In this document: one piece after another, positions 63,861 through 64,000 of the stretch
Position numbering within the stretch: the first letter of the stretch is position 1
How the letters are laid out: the number at the start of each line of letters is the position of its first letter
Origin: Macrostomum lignano
Lineage: Eukaryota
Length of the DNA: 64,000 bases
Assembly: GCA_002269645.1 (NCBI GenBank)
Contig: NIVC01001990.1
Span: 1-64,000, forward strand
Reading direction: 5' to 3'
The notes under the pieces: generated by a model
What the model saw: the letters and a program-made list of their open reading frames with translations, nothing else
Database searches by the model: none
What the model was told of the DNA's origin: nothing
Made by a program: the position numbers and the translations under genes

Positions 63861-64000
63861 GGCTATAGGTCAGAAGCTATATAATACATGTACAGTTTAG
63901 TTTATTAAAAAAAAGTTTATTCCATTCTTTGTTGGCTGCTTGTTGCTGCTTGCTATGCTAATAATGGAGCGTACCCTTTTAAACTGCATATACCTGTAAC

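Overview
This is eukaryotic (metazoan) genomic DNA with GT-AG introns; there is no sign of prokaryotic operons, CRISPR arrays, rRNA or true tRNA genes. GC3-rich exons separated by introns packed with minisatellites resemble a free-living flatworm such as Macrostomum (inference only). Six protein-coding genes could be reconstructed by hand: FNDC3-like (+, 9 exons, 9 FN3 domains and a C-terminal TM anchor), a rhodopsin-class peptide GPCR (-, 2 exons), DAXX (-, 3 exons), MRPL20 (-, 3 exons), 6-phosphogluconate dehydrogenase PGD (+, 7 exons, head-to-head with MRPL20) and an intronless DESI2/PPPDE peptidase (+). Mobile DNA comprises an internally deleted Ty3/Gypsy element with a single LTR flanked by both a PPT and a PBS-like leader, a frameshifted DD37D (maT) Tc1/mariner element, a P-element/THAP9-like transposase remnant, a hAT MITE, a tiny Tc1-like MITE and two tRNA-derived SINEs. 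About a third of the window (~21 kb by hand count) is made of ~30 different tandem arrays. Most long entries in the ORF track are translations of these repeats, not genes. No clearly new biological system is proven. The most striking unexplained pattern is the private minisatellites sitting next to exon boundaries, several built from TF-site-like or palindromic cores. All coordinates were read by eye; repeat edges are approximate.
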